The translations under genes were made by a program, and so were the position numbers. Source: Clostridia bacterium (GTDB lineage: Bacteria; Bacillota; Clostridia; UBA1381; UMGS1253). From it: DNA of 64,000 nt. Numbering within the stretch: the first letter of the stretch is position 1; each line of letters starts with the position of its first letter. Shown here one piece after another: positions 63,537 to 64,000 of the stretch. The notes beneath the pieces are model-generated. The model saw only the letters and a program-made list of their open reading frames with translations, ran no database searches and was not told the DNA's origin. The stretch lies in NCBI GenBank assembly GCA_045546315.1, contig JAZQCN010000091.1:98035-162034 (forward strand). The letters are read 5' to 3'.

Positions 63537-64000
63537 ATGCATTGCCCGAAATGTTTAAAAAGTGTGCCCTACGGCGCAAAATACTGCCGAAGCTGCGGCG
63601 AAGCGATTCCCGAAGCCGAAAGGTCTGCTGCCTACAAGAAAACCCTTTGGGGCAGGCTGCAGCAGCTCGAAGACTGGTATAAAACACTGACGCTCAAAAA
63701 ACTGACCGGCTCGGTGGTGTTTAAGCTGTTCATCCTTGTGCTGATTCTCGCAATCGGCATAGTCAATATTGTAAAAAACGGTACAACGCTGAAGATTCTC
63801 GAGTCGGAAGCATACACCGCACAGTATAACACCAAGCTTGAGGAATACTACATCTTAACCGATGCAGACGAGGTTGTCTTAAGCCTCTACATCCCGAATC
63901 GCGCCGAGTCGCTTGTTTTAACCGGCTACGATGATACCGGTGCAGTAATCGAAGATCGCACGCTGACGGCTGCAGAATTCGCAAATGCCGATGCAATGCG
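63537..64000 (+). CDS. Second zinc-ribbon membrane-anchored protein (runs off the right edge)
   Basis: Own translation from ATG 63537 after GGAG gives MHCPKCLKSVPYGAKYCRSCGEAIPEAE...VVFKLFILVLILAIGIV (TM helix). The frame stays open to the window end. It is not in the ORF track. Confidence 0.7.
   Translation, partial: MHCPKCLKSVPYGAKYCRSCGEAIPEAERSAAYKKTLWGRLQQLEDWYKTLTLKKLTGSVVFKLFILVLILAIGIVNIVKNGTTLKILESEAYTAQYNTKLEEYYILTDADEVVLSLYIPNRAESLVLTGYDDTGAVIEDRTLTAAEFANADAM

Overview
This is a 64-kb chromosomal window from a Firmicutes/Clostridia-type genome. The lineage markers are PolC, a PASTA kinase PrkC with Stp, RemA, CdaA-CdaR, MurT-GatD and a long HPF. I call 54 protein-coding genes, two of them open-ended at the window edges. 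I found no rRNA, tRNA, CRISPR array, transposase, integrase or phage gene. The ORF track uses ATG, GTG and TTG starts, so I moved many starts to the first codon with a credible Shine-Dalgarno. Layout: (i) 1-26 kb is one unbroken minus-strand run of housekeeping genes. It holds the head of the dcw cluster (mraZ-rsmH-ftsL-PBP-murE-murF), then thiN-rpe-rsgA-prkC-stp-rlmN-rsmB-yugP-fmt-def-priA-coaBC-rpoZ-gmk-remA-yicC, an orphan family-5 binding lipoprotein, pgeF and uvrC. (ii) 26-31 kb holds gltX, a ComB-like phosphatase::DUF218 fusion and nhaC. (iii) 31-48 kb is the only clearly accessory part. It starts with an AT-rich LysR gene divergent from a 1350-aa secreted heparinase-II/III-like lyase. 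Next comes an AraC-centred island of signal-peptide-less carbohydrate enzymes: a PhnP-like MBL hydrolase, a WbsX-like protein, an arabinose/fucose-isomerase-like protein, an 809-aa protein I cannot place in any family, a GH78 rhamnosidase and two tandem SGNH/DUF4886 paralogs. No transporter, kinase or aldolase is present in the island. (iv) 48-64 kb holds galE, LMW-PTP, polC, cdaR/cdaA, pdxK plus an ECF S-component, hpf, an AEC transporter, gatD-murT, an EamA transporter and two zinc-ribbon membrane proteins. The best novelty candidates are: the AraC island with its unclassifiable 809-aa protein and a 12-13-nt motif shared by its two divergent promoter regions; a GatD homolog with Gly where the CobQ-type nucleophile Cys is expected; the ComB::DUF218 fusion; a ~114-bp tandem repeat at 48.0-48.26 kb; and a ~125-bp compound palindrome after the GH78 gene. 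I see nothing resembling a defence, toxin-antitoxin, RiPP or mobile system. All family assignments come from motif recognition by eye, with no searches run. GC and percent-identity statements are visual estimates.
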